Below are positions 1-13,100 of a stretch of 64,000 bases of DNA, piece after piece. This DNA is from Laetmonice hystrix. Lineage: Eukaryota. The position numbers were made by a program, and so were the translations under genes. The stretch lies in the NCBI GenBank assembly GCA_965235115.1, contig OZ249436.1:54748001-54812000 (forward strand). Direction: 5' to 3'. Each line of letters starts with the position of its first letter. The first letter of the stretch is position 1. The notes below the pieces were generated by a model. That model searched no databases. It was not told the DNA's origin and saw only the letters and a program-made list of their open reading frames with translations.

Positions 1-898
1 TCTTTCCTCGACCGCCCACCCCAACTCCTTATCCGCGGATTTCATGCTTACCTTGACTCAAATATAATATGCCAGTCATAATATTCTATACCTAGGTGAT
101 AACATAAGTCTACGTACTCTAATTGATGGCATGCGATAGATTCCTCCGATTTCTTCTTTCTTTGTTTTTTCTCTTCAGTATGAGAAACTGCAGGCCGAAC
201 TAGGTCTGACTCGATCAAATGCATAGAAGGCATGTCAACAAAGCCGCACGCACTGGACCGCACGACCTATGCGGACCTGAATGTTGTAGGTCCCAGAGAA
301 ATTCTTCAGATTTCCGATATGTTTTATCCTTATTACAACAAAACAGTTGTTTTTTTTCGAGTAATGTATTTGAATTCTACGTTGATGTTGAGAGCGTGAA
401 GGTATACGATATACTGGCCGTTACAACTGCAAATTGCCTCCAACCACCTCTAACAGCTTGCAGTGCGAGGCGCGCATGCGTGTTGATTGTAAATTGTGTT
501 GATTAAAATAATTGACCCCGCGTTCAGGCTAAGGTCATTATATGGTATGTCCAGCTATAGTTTCATTTTTTATATTTAACAAAAAAAAAAAATACTTGTC
601 GACATCGACGCGATAAGGTGTCCAAGTGATAGAAAACCATTCGGGTCCTGCCAATTCGATTTATTTGTGAATCGATTGCATTAACCTTAATTTCGTGCCG
701 AATTACCTTTAAGGGTTAAAAAAATCGATTTTGAGATTTTATATCTACTTTATAGCTCAATATCTACTCTTTCTAAAAATCACCTTAAACGATTGCTATT
801 GGCACACGTATTGACGGCATATCCATGGACACAATTTGTATCTCCAAAGCAGTTGAAGATAACGACATAATCTTGCATGAAACATTACACAATGACCA

Positions 899-1228
899 GG
901 GACAGTCTAAGGATGAGGCAGGTCAAGCATTATTTTTCATATTCAAAAATGGCCGCTTGGTGGCCATCTTGGATATAAGTACATTTGGAGCAATATCTCG
1001 GTTTCTTTGAATTTTTTTGCAAGATGAAGTATCATGAGGAGCAATGTATTCATAGTTCAGAGCAAATATAGTGACATGGCGGCCATATTAGTTTGTTGGC
1101 CCCTATAACATAAAACTTTTGGCTCATATCTCGAAAATGGGACAGTCTAAGGATGACACAGGCCACACCTATTTATGCTATCAGTCAAAATGGACGCTTG
1201 GCGGTTATCTTGGATATAGCCACATTTG
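899..1228. repeat. Diverged ~90-bp direct repeat, 240-bp period, with AAAATGGCCGC...GGCCATCTTG motifs (resembles internal repeats of Helentron-type elements)
   Basis: gggacagtctaaggatga...aaaatgg(c/a)cgcttgg(t/c)gg..atcttggatata...acatttg occurs at 899-988 and 1139-1228. Confidence 0.5.
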
Positions 1229-2660
1229 TTAGGGACACTTTCGACGATTCATATCCAGAGAACACTTCAAAATAACCACTTACTCCAAATGATGAATAAA
1301 AGGCATACATGGAATTTTTGTGTGACTCACTTATCAAAGATGTTCTCACATGGACTGTATCTCAAAAGTACAAAGTACACATAGTTCCCAAGCCCACAGA
1401 TAATTAGTCCCTACCTAGTTGGATGCTGGTGAATCCGACGGGGTCTTGCTTTTTCTCCTTCAAGAATCTTTTGAACTAGAAGTAAACTGTGTAGTTTCTA
1501 GAAAATATGACATGTCACACTCAATAATGTAGATCCATTTGCCACAAATATGCCTGCCCAAATATGGCAGTGAGTCTGGTTTTTAAAATGTATCTCAGAT
1601 ACATTTCAATTGGATCACGTTAGGATACTTAAAATATTCCACAGCTATAACACTACCATAGCTGTTCTTTATATACGTGCAGCACCCCCAAAATGGCGTT
1701 GCTATTCAAGTGTATTTCGCCATTATACATCCTATATTTGCGGGAAAAAGATAACGCGACGACGCATAAGAAATAAAGACGCATGACGCTAACAGGAAAT
1801 ATTTAACTTGTGCTTGAAAACTTTGCTGGGTTTTGCCCAGAGTTTTGTTCGCACAACTCGCTAATCATCATACTAGTTGGCTCTGTGCGATGGTTGTCAT
1901 GGGGACGAGCCAATGACAAACGCGTTCCAAATTGCTTTGCCGTTTATACTCGGTACCGAGTCAGCTCCAATTGGCGTTTCTGTGAGGAAGTCTTAGTGCT
2001 CTACCTGCAGATTTTCTGTCCCAGTGATTCGTGAGGTTTCGAATGCTACCAGTAATCTGTGTGATTACCGGGTGTGTCCATGACGTCACCTGTAATTAGC
2101 AGGTATTGCATTTTCCACCCACAGAAACCGGTGCGAAACCAGGCTGGTTGCGGGATTTTTAGCAGACGCGGAAGTCGGTGTCAGCCCTGCTGGGGGTGGG
2201 GTAGAGGGTGGGGGGGGGGGGGGGGATGGGTGGCTGACCATAAATCGATCGATGTGGAGCCCCCATCCCACCCCCGTCATTGCGCGGCAGGTGTGACTGG
2301 TGTACTGGCACCTGCTGCAACACTGCCTTGTCGCCATTATAACTGGCACCTCCCCCCCCCTATCCCGGCTGTCCTTCACCAAACAGGATGCGTACCGTTC
2401 AGCTTTGGGAAGTTTGGGGTTAAGCCATTTCTTCCTTACAGGAAAGCGTTGGGAAAAGGTGGAAGGGGGGGGGGGGGGAGTCCTCTCTATAGGCCTACCC
2501 ATTAAAAAATAAATTAGGTCGTTATCGCTGCATGATCAGGCCTAGGTCTACAGTAATATCAGAAATTAAAGTTTGAAAATATATATATTGAAGAAGAAAA
2601 CAGACAATATTATCAGATAGAGACCAATGACGACCCGCATGTTATGGAAACGGTTAGTCC

Positions 2661-2734
2661 TTTTTTTGACCTCCGCTAACGAAGTTGGAAGGAGGTTATA
2701 ATTTCAGCCCGTTCTGTCTGTCAGTCTGTCTGTC
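2661..2734 (+). mobile_element. 5' end of a Helentron-associated non-autonomous element (HINE/DINE-1-like)
   Basis: T-run, then acctccgc..aacgaagttg..ggaggttat (short inverted repeat), then a (GTCT)n microsatellite. This is the characteristic HINE 5' architecture. Confidence 0.55.
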
Positions 2735-5448
2735 TATATATACTAAGCGCCCTCTAGTATATATTTAAAATATTTTTTTATTATTTAAAAAAATCGGGCT
2801 TCTTCCATTATTTTGCATTTTAGTAGAAGCAATATGCGGGTCCGTTTATCTTGGTTCTTAGGGTAACCGATGTTTAACCCTGAGTGAGAGTCGCCCGTTA
2901 GAGTTCCTAGTGGGCTGAGTCATAAGTTACCTGTAAGTGTTTGTAATATTGTTACGTATAATGACATAAAAATACCTCACGGGCATGTGATGTTTACGAT
3001 GATGATGATTAAGTTCGCTAGAAAATGAAGTGTCGTAATCTCTTTTGACTTTGAGCCCCTGCCACGTATATACAGAAGAATAACAGCACCGCTGATGTCG
3101 ACAGAAATGTTAGTATTCATCAATAAACCGCCGCGGGCCGATTCTGTGTCGAATTCAGTGGGTGTGTCCATATATCCCACACCCTCACTGCTAGTGCAAA
3201 CGAGGATCGCCGTCAGAGATAATTCTTATCCGTTTTATCCACCGCCCTATACCCCCGCCCCGCTTCAGTATTTTCAGTGAATCGTGCCACGACCATAGGG
3301 GACCATGCTTTCAGCTGCGCGCGCCCCCTGGAGGCGTCCACCTGACCGGGGAAAGATCTAGGGGTCATGATCCGAGCAGTTACCGGGACAGGAACACCTG
3401 TGGAGGCATCTCACTGGGGGCACGTGGGCGCACCAGGGTGCTGGGTTCACAGTCGGGACGATATCTTCGCCTTGAGAAAAAATAGAGGAGAAAAAGAGAG
3501 ACACTGACATGAAATAGGACTTAGCGAAGGAGGGAACACTTGTTGAAAGGGGCACGAGTTTAAGAAAACCGCCTTTCTATGAATAGACCGATCTGAGTGC
3601 GACTTCTTGCTTAGGAATCAACTAGTTTGTTTCTCAGCATTACAGACGTGAATCACACTGCAGGAGCAGAATACTACACAGGACGAGAAACCATCAATCT
3701 ATCCGCCCACTAGGCCTACATAGCTACTACTGTAGGCCTATATTATTACGATGTGCGTCGGAAATCGAACCATGCAACAGGGACTCGATAGAAGTGCACT
3801 ATTCTATAATTCCACGTTACAGGTATACGATTAGAGTCTATGCAGTGGCAAAACTGAGTATATATACCTGACAGGTTAAGGGGTATCATAATTGGGCGTT
3901 AGCTCTCCGCAAAATGTGAATAACGATTGGGGGCATCGAATTTGGGGGAATTAAAGCCATCATGGCGGCGACTGGCGAAACTACGTCAGCCGATGAATAT
4001 GCCCCCTATCGTTAAACCCAATAAATACCTACAGCGCCCTCTGTTGGCATTAAAAGGCCTTGTCTGTCGACAATCCGTATTTCCATAACGATCAACATGT
4101 ACGAACATTTTGGCGTGGATTCTGTACAAATTAAAAATGTTAACCCCCACCGTATAGCTTGTCGCAAAAACATGAACTTCCGAGAAATAATTTGTTCCTT
4201 TATTATCATCACTATTACTATACTGTGGTCCAACGTCTTTTAAATGAAACACCCGAATCTCTGAAGGAAATAGACCAGACAATTTAAGGGTGTGTAATGG
4301 TTAGTACCGGAAATGAATCTCTGAACGGTGGAGTGTACGCTGTTTCTGGCTTCAATCAGACGTTCACCATCCAGCCACATATTAGCAATCATTGTTACTT
4401 CACATTACGTCGCTGTACAATGAATACATTGCGGCCAATTTACTAGCTAGGCCCGCGACTACGTATTTGATCCTGCAACTTTCAAGCCAATAGGTTCGTT
4501 CTTATGTAACAAAGGCAGCGTTCGAACGTGCCGGAAAATCCATTAAATCCAGACGCCCCATCCGTGTAGGGGTTTCATTCAACACGATAGAGAAACCCGG
4601 ATGTTGTTAATTGGGACGCTGCGCGGCGCAGACGACCATTTTAAGTAGCATGGACCGTGGCAATCGACGCTGGCGGTTTCAAATGGTCGGTTATAGAAAT
4701 CAGGCGTCCATCAACATGTACCCGATGACGCCATAGATTGGCGATTGGTTTTCTGGTCTCAAATCGACGTCCACATAATGATACTCCCCCAAAACCCCAT
4801 CTTCTTTGGAAAGAGTCTCCTAACCGCATTAAAATCCGTCCATGTTGTTTGGCCGTACTGGGAAAAGTCGTTTCTCAGTGCTGTATCTTTTTACTAACTA
4901 CATGGCTGAAGTTTTATAACAGTCCCGATCAAACTATATCTGGACAAACACAATTAAAGCTCTATTGAAACTATAACGGTTTTGGTTAGCTTCAACACAC
5001 CTTGCCGTCTACTGAATTGCCAATGTTTCAGGTGTATTAGCAGAACGTTTGCAATTCCAGAAAAGTCGAGTTGTTTTCAAAGGTTATCACCTATTTGTAC
5101 AGCCGTAAACATAATGTTTATTCTGTAAGTTATCATACACCCGCTCACAACATCGGACGGGAGGAAGGCCAGCACAATAAGTATGCCGAGAATGATCAGT
5201 ATCATAATGTAAAGTAATAAGATGGAGCATGTGCTCAATCAGTCCTTAGTTAGAACTTGGACGGCGGGCGGTCCACACAGATGCTCTCCTACAGGCCAAG
5301 ATTTAGTGGATTAAGTGTATTTGAGATGTTTGGTCTGAGACAATCGCTGTATTTGATTTGTTGTTTGTGGCACGGCTCATGATGATGCTGCATCTCCTAG
5401 ACCTTGCATACATAATGGTGTTTCCGGGGGTCATCCAGTACTCACTAG

Positions 5449-5503
5449 TGCAGCAGCAGCAGCAGCAGCAGCAGAAGCAGAAGCAGAAGCAGCAGCAGAA
5501 GCA
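5449..5503. repeat. (GCA)n/(GCAGAA)n microsatellite
   Basis: Seen directly in the sequence. Confidence 0.9.
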
Positions 5504-6180
5504 TTCAACTTAACTCGAACAGAAATTTGAGAATTATAATGAAAGAAGGAGGTTTTGAATCTGCGGGCGCAGTGGGCACTTCGGGAAGGGGGGGGGGGGG
5601 GGGTCCGAGCCATGGCAGTCACATCGGGAAATTTTAAAAAGAAGCATGATAAATGTCGCAAATGTTTTGAGTCATTACTTTCTTGGTTCACGCTGGTTAA
5701 ATAGGCCATCATTATAAGTTATTAACTGGATGGTGCAACATTCTAAAACATGCGACCCAAAACATAAAACAACATAAAAGATGCAGTCTCATTCAGAGGA
5801 CCCTATTCTTAGTAGATTTAAAAGGTAGAAGTTTTTAGTGAGAGTGCGTGGCTGCATGGGAGCGTGGGATGGATGCTGAATGTGTGAGTCTGACGGTCAT
5901 TGCGTGAGAGTTGGTAGGTCTTCTCCAAGTATACATTGATAAGTGGGTGTTGGGGCCTATAGCTGTACCACAGATCTACATGTATAATTAATCTATGGGT
6001 ACTATTCTTGGTAATAACAGTGTAAATATCGCAGTTTCTGTCAAAACACTGTCATATCAATGGACGCCATAGCCATCCTGACACATTGACTTCCCGTTGG
6101 TTCAGGATACTCCTTCGTGAATAGAATACAAATGAACGATCTAGAAGCATTAAGAGTGCGTCAATCTTACTGGTTCCCAT

Positions 6181-6570
6181 TACTGCCTGCAGTGAACTCC
6201 TCATTAAACGCCCCCAGAGAACCTGTCCAACATAAGGCATGGCATGTATTTTACTGCCTGCAGTGAACTCCCAAACTCCTCATTAAACGCCCCCAGAGAA
6301 CCTGTCCAACATTAGGCATGGCATGTATTTTACTGCCTGCAGTGAACTCACAAACTCCTCATTAAACGCCCCCAGAGAAACTGTCCAACATTAGGCATGG
6401 CATGTATTTTACTGCCTGCAGTGAACTCCCAAACTCCTCATTAAACGGCCCCAGAGAAACTGTCCAACATTAGGCATGGCATGTATTTTACTGCCTGCAG
6501 TGAACTCCCAAACTCCTCATTAAACGCCCCCAGAGAACCTGTCCAACATTAGGCATGGCATGTATTTTAC
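6181..6570. repeat. 79-bp minisatellite, ~5 copies, ~0.5 kb upstream of the DOK-like start codon
   Basis: Unit tactgcctgcagtgaactcccaaactcctcattaaacgcccccagagaacctgtccaacattaggcatggcatgtattt starts at 6252, 6331, 6410 and 6489. The first copy is shorter. Confidence 0.95.
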
Positions 6571-7047
6571 ACTAGATGGATGCACTTGTTCTTGGTATTA
6601 AGGTAGAACTATTACACCATGTTGGCTTAGTAATCTCAAGCACGTCTCCTCCTTCATCCCAGAAGTCCGTCAGCTATGGACTCCCACAGTCTCCACGGCG
6701 TTGTTTGTCGTTCAACCCCGATGTAAAGAGCAACCTATAGTGACAGCAACTTTTCCGCGAATCGGCACGCGGATATTACATAAAGCGGGCTGCTGTGGGC
6801 CGGGCAGTCTCACACGAGCTGAGAGCAGGCACCAGTGCGAGTTGTCTGCGGTTGTCGGCACACCGATCTGCTGCTTCGTCAGCTTCATGGTCTCTACATC
6901 AACATCCGCCACGGGAGTTCGTGCGAGTTTGTCAAAAATCAACGTCACGCACGTAGAAGGGGGAAAAACCTAGCCGGTGTCGGAGCTGTGGAAAGGCAGT
7001 GGGAATTTGACACCGGCAGCGAGTGAGGACTATAAGCTGTTGGCAGA

Positions 7048-7161
7048 ATGTCGAGTAAGCCACTGCGACGGAGGCATTCCTCGTTAGCGGACTGTGATAT
7101 CGTTAAAAAGGGTGCTCTGCACGTTAAGCGACCGCCAACTAATCTGAAGATACGACTAAAG
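7048..7161 (+). CDS. DOK/IRS-like gene, coding exon 1 (start of PH domain)
   Basis: ATG at 7048 gives MSSKPLRRRHSSLADCDIVKKGALHVKRPPTNLKIRLK. DIVKKGxLxVK is a typical PH beta-1 strand. Strong donor AAG|GTAAGA at 7162, phase 0. Confidence 0.8.
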
Positions 7162-10100
7162 GTAAGACAACTCTCTTATTCAGATACGTACATATATATT
7201 ACAGTACATACCTCTACAGTATCAGCATATGAGCTACATGAGTATCGGCCCCCATTCGTTTTATTTGTTTTTGTGTGCATGTTTTCCCCCCATGAGTTTA
7301 CATAATCGACTGAAATCTATCCTGTTTGTTCCTATCGTAATAGGCTATAATATGGGCAAGCCAATAGATATGATCACCCAGGTGTGGTCAAAACACTCTA
7401 TACATCCCAACTGTCAGTGACGTATGTCCTATGCCTAGAAGTCTACATACTGAATAATCCATTCTGACTGGAAAGTTTCCATGCCGATAGGTTTTTCAGG
7501 CCTTGTTGAAGGTGTGTGAGGATTAGATTATCTTGCCAACTATGTGACCGCTGTGTAACACTATAAACACTCCGTATTGCTTTACGTCCGCCAGTTGAAA
7601 CTGTCCACGACTGCCAGCGTAGTGTTTCCGAGGATAGAACAGTCGTTGGCAGGCGGTCAGTGACAGATGGGCGGCCAAGGTGTAAAACAACAAAAAGAGG
7701 AGACTGAAAGGAATTGTAGAACTCAGTCATGAAAGAAGAACACTCCAAACAATACAATCTAAACGCAGTTTACAGTTTACACAAAGTGATATTAATTAAG
7801 TGACCAAAACGGTATTTAAACTGAATTCTGATCTTCCAAAACATTGGGGGAATCCAGTGGGGCACAGGGGGCCCGCCCCCCTTAGATTTTTCTTCTTTTC
7901 TTTTGAATGAAGATGTTATGACTATAGGCCTATTTGAATAAAATAAAACATTTAGAAGTGTGTTCTACAAGCACAAACACTTTTTTGGTGGGCCCTCTTA
8001 TCAAAATCCTGGATCCCCCACTGCTAAACATGACCCCTCTTTAGCCCCTTTTTAAAAATGGACACCCTTCTTTGCCAACTTTCCCTGCGGCCTTTTTTTT
8101 CAAAATCCTGGATCCCCTGCACTCGATAGTATTGTCTTTCAATACTTCTAGCTACAACCGAAGAGTGTAGGTCTAGAACGTCAGTGGTTGTCGTGGATAG
8201 GCCAGCCGGGGTCACACTGCCCGATTTTTTCGGCCGACGACGAAATAAAAACGGGCAGAATGTCGATTTGAAAGGAATAACAGGCGCCGAACCCATAGCC
8301 GCGGGAGGGGACAAAGACACAGATAATTTTGTAGTCTGTTATTGTTATTGTAAGATCACTTTGTCACTATGTCATGAATGCACCATCATGTAGGACGTCC
8401 GGACCCATGTGGCGGTGTGCTGTATCGTAAATATTGTTTAATCAATGATTACGTGAATGTTAGAATCAATATGGGCCTAATATTGAGGTGAAGGAAGGTT
8501 GGAATATTGGTCTATATTGCACAAACGTTTGAGGCGGCATATTGCCTCAACAGAAGCAGCGGGAGGCTTCTCAGCCTTGATACGAGCTACAAGTACAAGT
8601 AGAATTCGGCTTCAGTATTTATAAATTTCTAAACGCATGTGGTTTGTGTGTATGGATTCATGTCAGAAAACTTATATAGTGCCAACGTCAGCTTTCATCA
8701 GAGGCTTATCTAGGCCTACATATAGGCAGATCTATAACTGCTTGCACTGACTCACCGAGAATGTCTAGGGTGACCCGACTAAGAAATGTTACATCACCAA
8801 AGATTTTACTTTACACCGCAGAAATTATTGGAATCTATGGCTATATCTGGCGAAGGGGGTTCACCAGCCTCACTGGGCGCTATTTTCCGCCACCCCTCTC
8901 GCGGGTTTCAGTGTTCAACTGAGCTATCTGCTCATGTAGAGGCCAACGAAAGGTATAAGCTTATGGTAAATTGATCTAACGTTGGGGAATCCCTATAAAA
9001 TGCTCTTCCATACAAATGCAAAGGCTCAGTGTTGCCCAGCATTGCCATAATATTTATTATTATTACGGAGTACTGTGACACGGATATCGCAGTCGAATGG
9101 GATGCTGGACATGACAACCTGCGAACTAAACCGGATGTTGGGGTCGGGAGTGTGAATGTGTCCCCAATAGGTGGCGCAGGGATCGTCCGTCGCAGCCCCA
9201 CTTTGCTCTACATCATATAGGGCAGGGCCGGATCTAGTTTTTTTTCAAGGGTGGTGGGGGCGGGGTGGGGGTGGTGGGGGGGGGGGGGATGCAGTCGACA
9301 AGTCCGAAATTATTATTATTTTATGAAATATATATAACGTTAGTATACTTATCGCTTTAGATTCTATAGATTCACACTGTGGTTCCTGGCCTGCAGGACG
9401 AACATTTGTCACCTTTGTTTCCTTTTCTTTTCTTTTTTTCTTTTTTTTTATTTCTAAGGGAGGTTGCAACCCCCACAACCCCTCTGGATCCGACCCTGTA
9501 TGGGGCCTATATAAACTTCTGTTTTGGAAAAAAAACCACCTCAAACTGCAAATTGCTGCTCCATGGCAATTTTTGGCTACAAACTGCTCTGCTGCAGCCC
9601 CTTGTAACATGTACATCGGTAACGTTAGATCTGAAGTTATGTAATCAATGCTCATCATGAATGCCATTTGATCCAGTGTATTGTATGGAATTATTACGGT
9701 ACGGCCCCACTATCTTATCAACGACTATCACCTGTGTTGGTGCAATGTCAAGCAATAACCATTTCCGGAGATGGGCTATAGTGACATTTAAAAAGGCACC
9801 CAATGTAGGTACGTTGGAGGCTATTCTTTGTAAGGTCGTGAGAAATAGGCCACAGTTTGAAAGATCCGACTTTTGTGTTTGGTATATCCGCACTCTACCA
9901 GGCTACCACACCTTCCAAGAAGGTGCGTGTAACAGGGCGTCGCTAAAGCCAGTGTTAACGACGATTTTAACGATACATCGAAGTCAAATTCTAGTCGGGG
10001 GGGGGGGGGGCAGCAGGTTTAATTGGAAGAAGGGGTAACTAAATGATATTAAAGGGGCATAGTCAAGCCCTTGTTCTGACACCCTTGCGATAGTGAACAT

Positions 10101-13100
10101 AGAGTATTTGGTGGTGTGGTCTATACTGTTATCAGTGCGTACAGTAATTGGAAGATAAGGAATGCAGTAATGTGAGTAAATCGAAGCGAAACTTATCAAT
10201 TGCTTCGAATACCATGCGGTTTTCATGATTGTCTGGATGTCGCATAATATTTCAGTCAGTAGGTCATTTCGAAGATACATCAAGGTGATAGGAGACATGA
10301 AATATTGAACAGTCCGACTGCAGAGATAGGAAGAGGCAATAACGAAGTAACAATATGGACTCTACTGTCACGATATATTTTATTCTTGAATTTTCAAAAT
10401 GAGTTTTGCACCTATTGGGACAAGCTCTCTGTCTCTCTGGTTCTATGTCTCTGTCTCTCTCTGTCTCTCTGTCTATGTCGCTCTCTATCTCTCTCTCTCT
10501 CTCCCTATGTCTCTCTCTATGTCTCTCCCTCTCTCCCTCTCTCCCTCTCTCCCTCTATCTCTCTCTCTCAGTGGTGTATGCATGTGGGGGCATATATTCG
10601 CGTTCTATGTAGAAGGTCAACAAATTGATACTAAAATATGTTTTACAAGCATGGCGTCCATGTCCGGCCCCATACTCGTCCCTGACAACCTCGTCCTGCA
10701 CCAAATCACTGACGTACAACAGTCTACATGTACGACGGCTGCACACACAGCCCATGGCACATGGAAATATGCAATCTATATTTCATGTGTTTCCTGGGTA
10801 AATACTGCGCGTTAAAGTATCAAAATTATCCATATGAGTGAAACTACTTTATAATTTTAACTTTACCAACTGTATACACAATGTATTTTCAAAATTGCAA
10901 TTTTATTATCTCATGAACGCGTTGCGTATAAGTGTGGCGTTTTATTTCTAAATAATAAATCTTTGTTTTATTGTTCAATTAATATTCCATTTACATTTTC
11001 ACCTGTTTGCAAATTCTTAACCGGTATAACTTTGAGCAACATTTCAGTGCTGACGTTGGCAGAGTCTGAGTATTTATTTTATACTTTAGCCCATCGACAG
11101 TCCGGTAAAGGATTTCAATTGACCCTGCATGCTCTAGAATTCTGATGAAGACGGTCGTGCCACTACCAAGAACCTGCCGACGTGATGTTAAAATGTCCGC
11201 TTCGCCTCTCACACAATATGCATAACAAATATGTGAGAAACACTATACCGCACGGGAGGGTTAATTGCAGACACTGAGACAGTCAGCCCAGGCAGTAATG
11301 TGATGGTTGCACAGTTAAACAAAGCTCTTTTCCCAGCATCGGCAATTATAACATTGGTCAATCTGGCTGATGCATAGGTAAATGGATCATACTTGATGGC
11401 CGTTCATTATACAAACATCGCCATCGCTGGCCATGTGGTACGATTCCTTTTACATGACGGGATGGATGACGATGCTAAGGAAACCTTTGGGTATAATATA
11501 CGAGGTATAGGCTTCTTCTACAGCAAGCGAGGGTGTCCTTATTCCTTAAACAACCGGATTGAAAGGGGTTTCTATAAGACAGCAATTATGCAGCGCTCCC
11601 ATGTAGTTTTCCCTCTTAGCGTGGGGTGGCGGGTGTGTGTGTCTATAGCACTGTCTTTTATGGGAGAAATTATACCTAAACAATATATTTTTAGAAATTA
11701 TGGATATTTGATGGTAGCATTCCGGAAGCAGTTAGAAGTTAGGCCCATCGTGTCTAGTGTTTATTTTCAAAAGGACATCTACTTTACTAATTTATCGTTG
11801 ATATCCGGATATCCAAGTTATCAAATGAATAATTACTTCAACATTTCAAGGCTCTTAATTCTTACCTAGGGGAGCTCAACTGAAGTTTCAACATTACGAG
11901 TAGGCCTATACTATTTTCAAGATTCTATTAATAATAGAGTCTTGAAAATAGTAGGCCTTCTAATAGTATTCTGGTGCATCATCTCTGGGATAATATACAG
12001 TTGTGCCCAGTCCGGACTATAGATACTTACGGTGTGTTTTTTAATTATTATTATTTATTTTTATTTTTTATTGATGAGCAGGTGGTGAACTCTTTGTTCT
12101 TAACACACAAGTTGGCCTGAATGAAAGTGCATGCACAGACAAAAAGACCGTAGCCCTACGTGATCGCTCAAAGTTAAGGTGTCGCCAAGCATATTATGAC
12201 GCTAAGGTAACGGTTACATTGACTGTTACGTGTGAAGTGATGCATGCTTTACACCCGCACCTCGCAATAACATTAGCGAGTGAAATATGGCCATGTGCCG
12301 GGCCCCTGCATAGTTGCATAGAGATGGCGTGTTTAGCGTCAATATATTGTCAGAACCACGGATCTCTATACTAAGCGAGAGCGCCACCGATGGCTGAGTC
12401 CTCATTTAGTACCTCACCAAGGTGGTAGAACCTGCCCCCCTGTGGGGGATCAACGCCCAGCTAATGCTCCCGAACGAAACGTAAACAGCGGCGGTCGTGA
12501 CCCGACTTAAAGGATCGACTGGCATAACAACGGCGTGTCCATCGCCGGGAGAGACCGCCAGATCCTTTGTCTGTATAAAGAGGGGACTTTTATAACAGCA
12601 GTCTGTGCCAGGTCCTTGCCACATGTAAGGCAGCAGTCTGTGCCAGGTCCCTGCCACATGTAAAATAACAGCAGTCTGTGCCAGGTCCTTGCCACATGTA
12701 AAATAACAGCAGTCTGTGCCAGGTCCTTGCCACATGTAAAATAACAGCAGTCTGTGCCAGGTCCTTGCCACATGTAAAATAACAGCAGTCTGTGCCAGGT
12801 CCTTGCCACATGTAAAATAACAGCAGTCTGTGCCAGGTCCTTGCCACATGTTAACTCTCCAGCAGGACTTAAAAGGGACCTATTTTATTCCGACTATTTG
12901 TCGTCGACAACAAATCGTAAGTCGCAGCGTGTATCACCCGCTTTAAGTCTAGCAGTGCTAGATTTCTTCCGACCCGACGATTCATCGCCGACGATTGTTG
13001 TAGGATATGATACACGTCACGACTTACGACTGTCACGACTGTTTTAGCGCTAAAAACTGGTCACAACAAAAAATCGTAGTGTGTATCACCCGCTTTAAAG

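Noticed and set aside
11393..11869. 158-aa ORF with faint resemblance to a Penelope-type element segment
   Set aside because: Similarity is too weak to support by eye; it would need a profile search.
12406..12849. Three overlapping minus-strand ORFs
   Set aside because: Translations of the 38-bp minisatellite.
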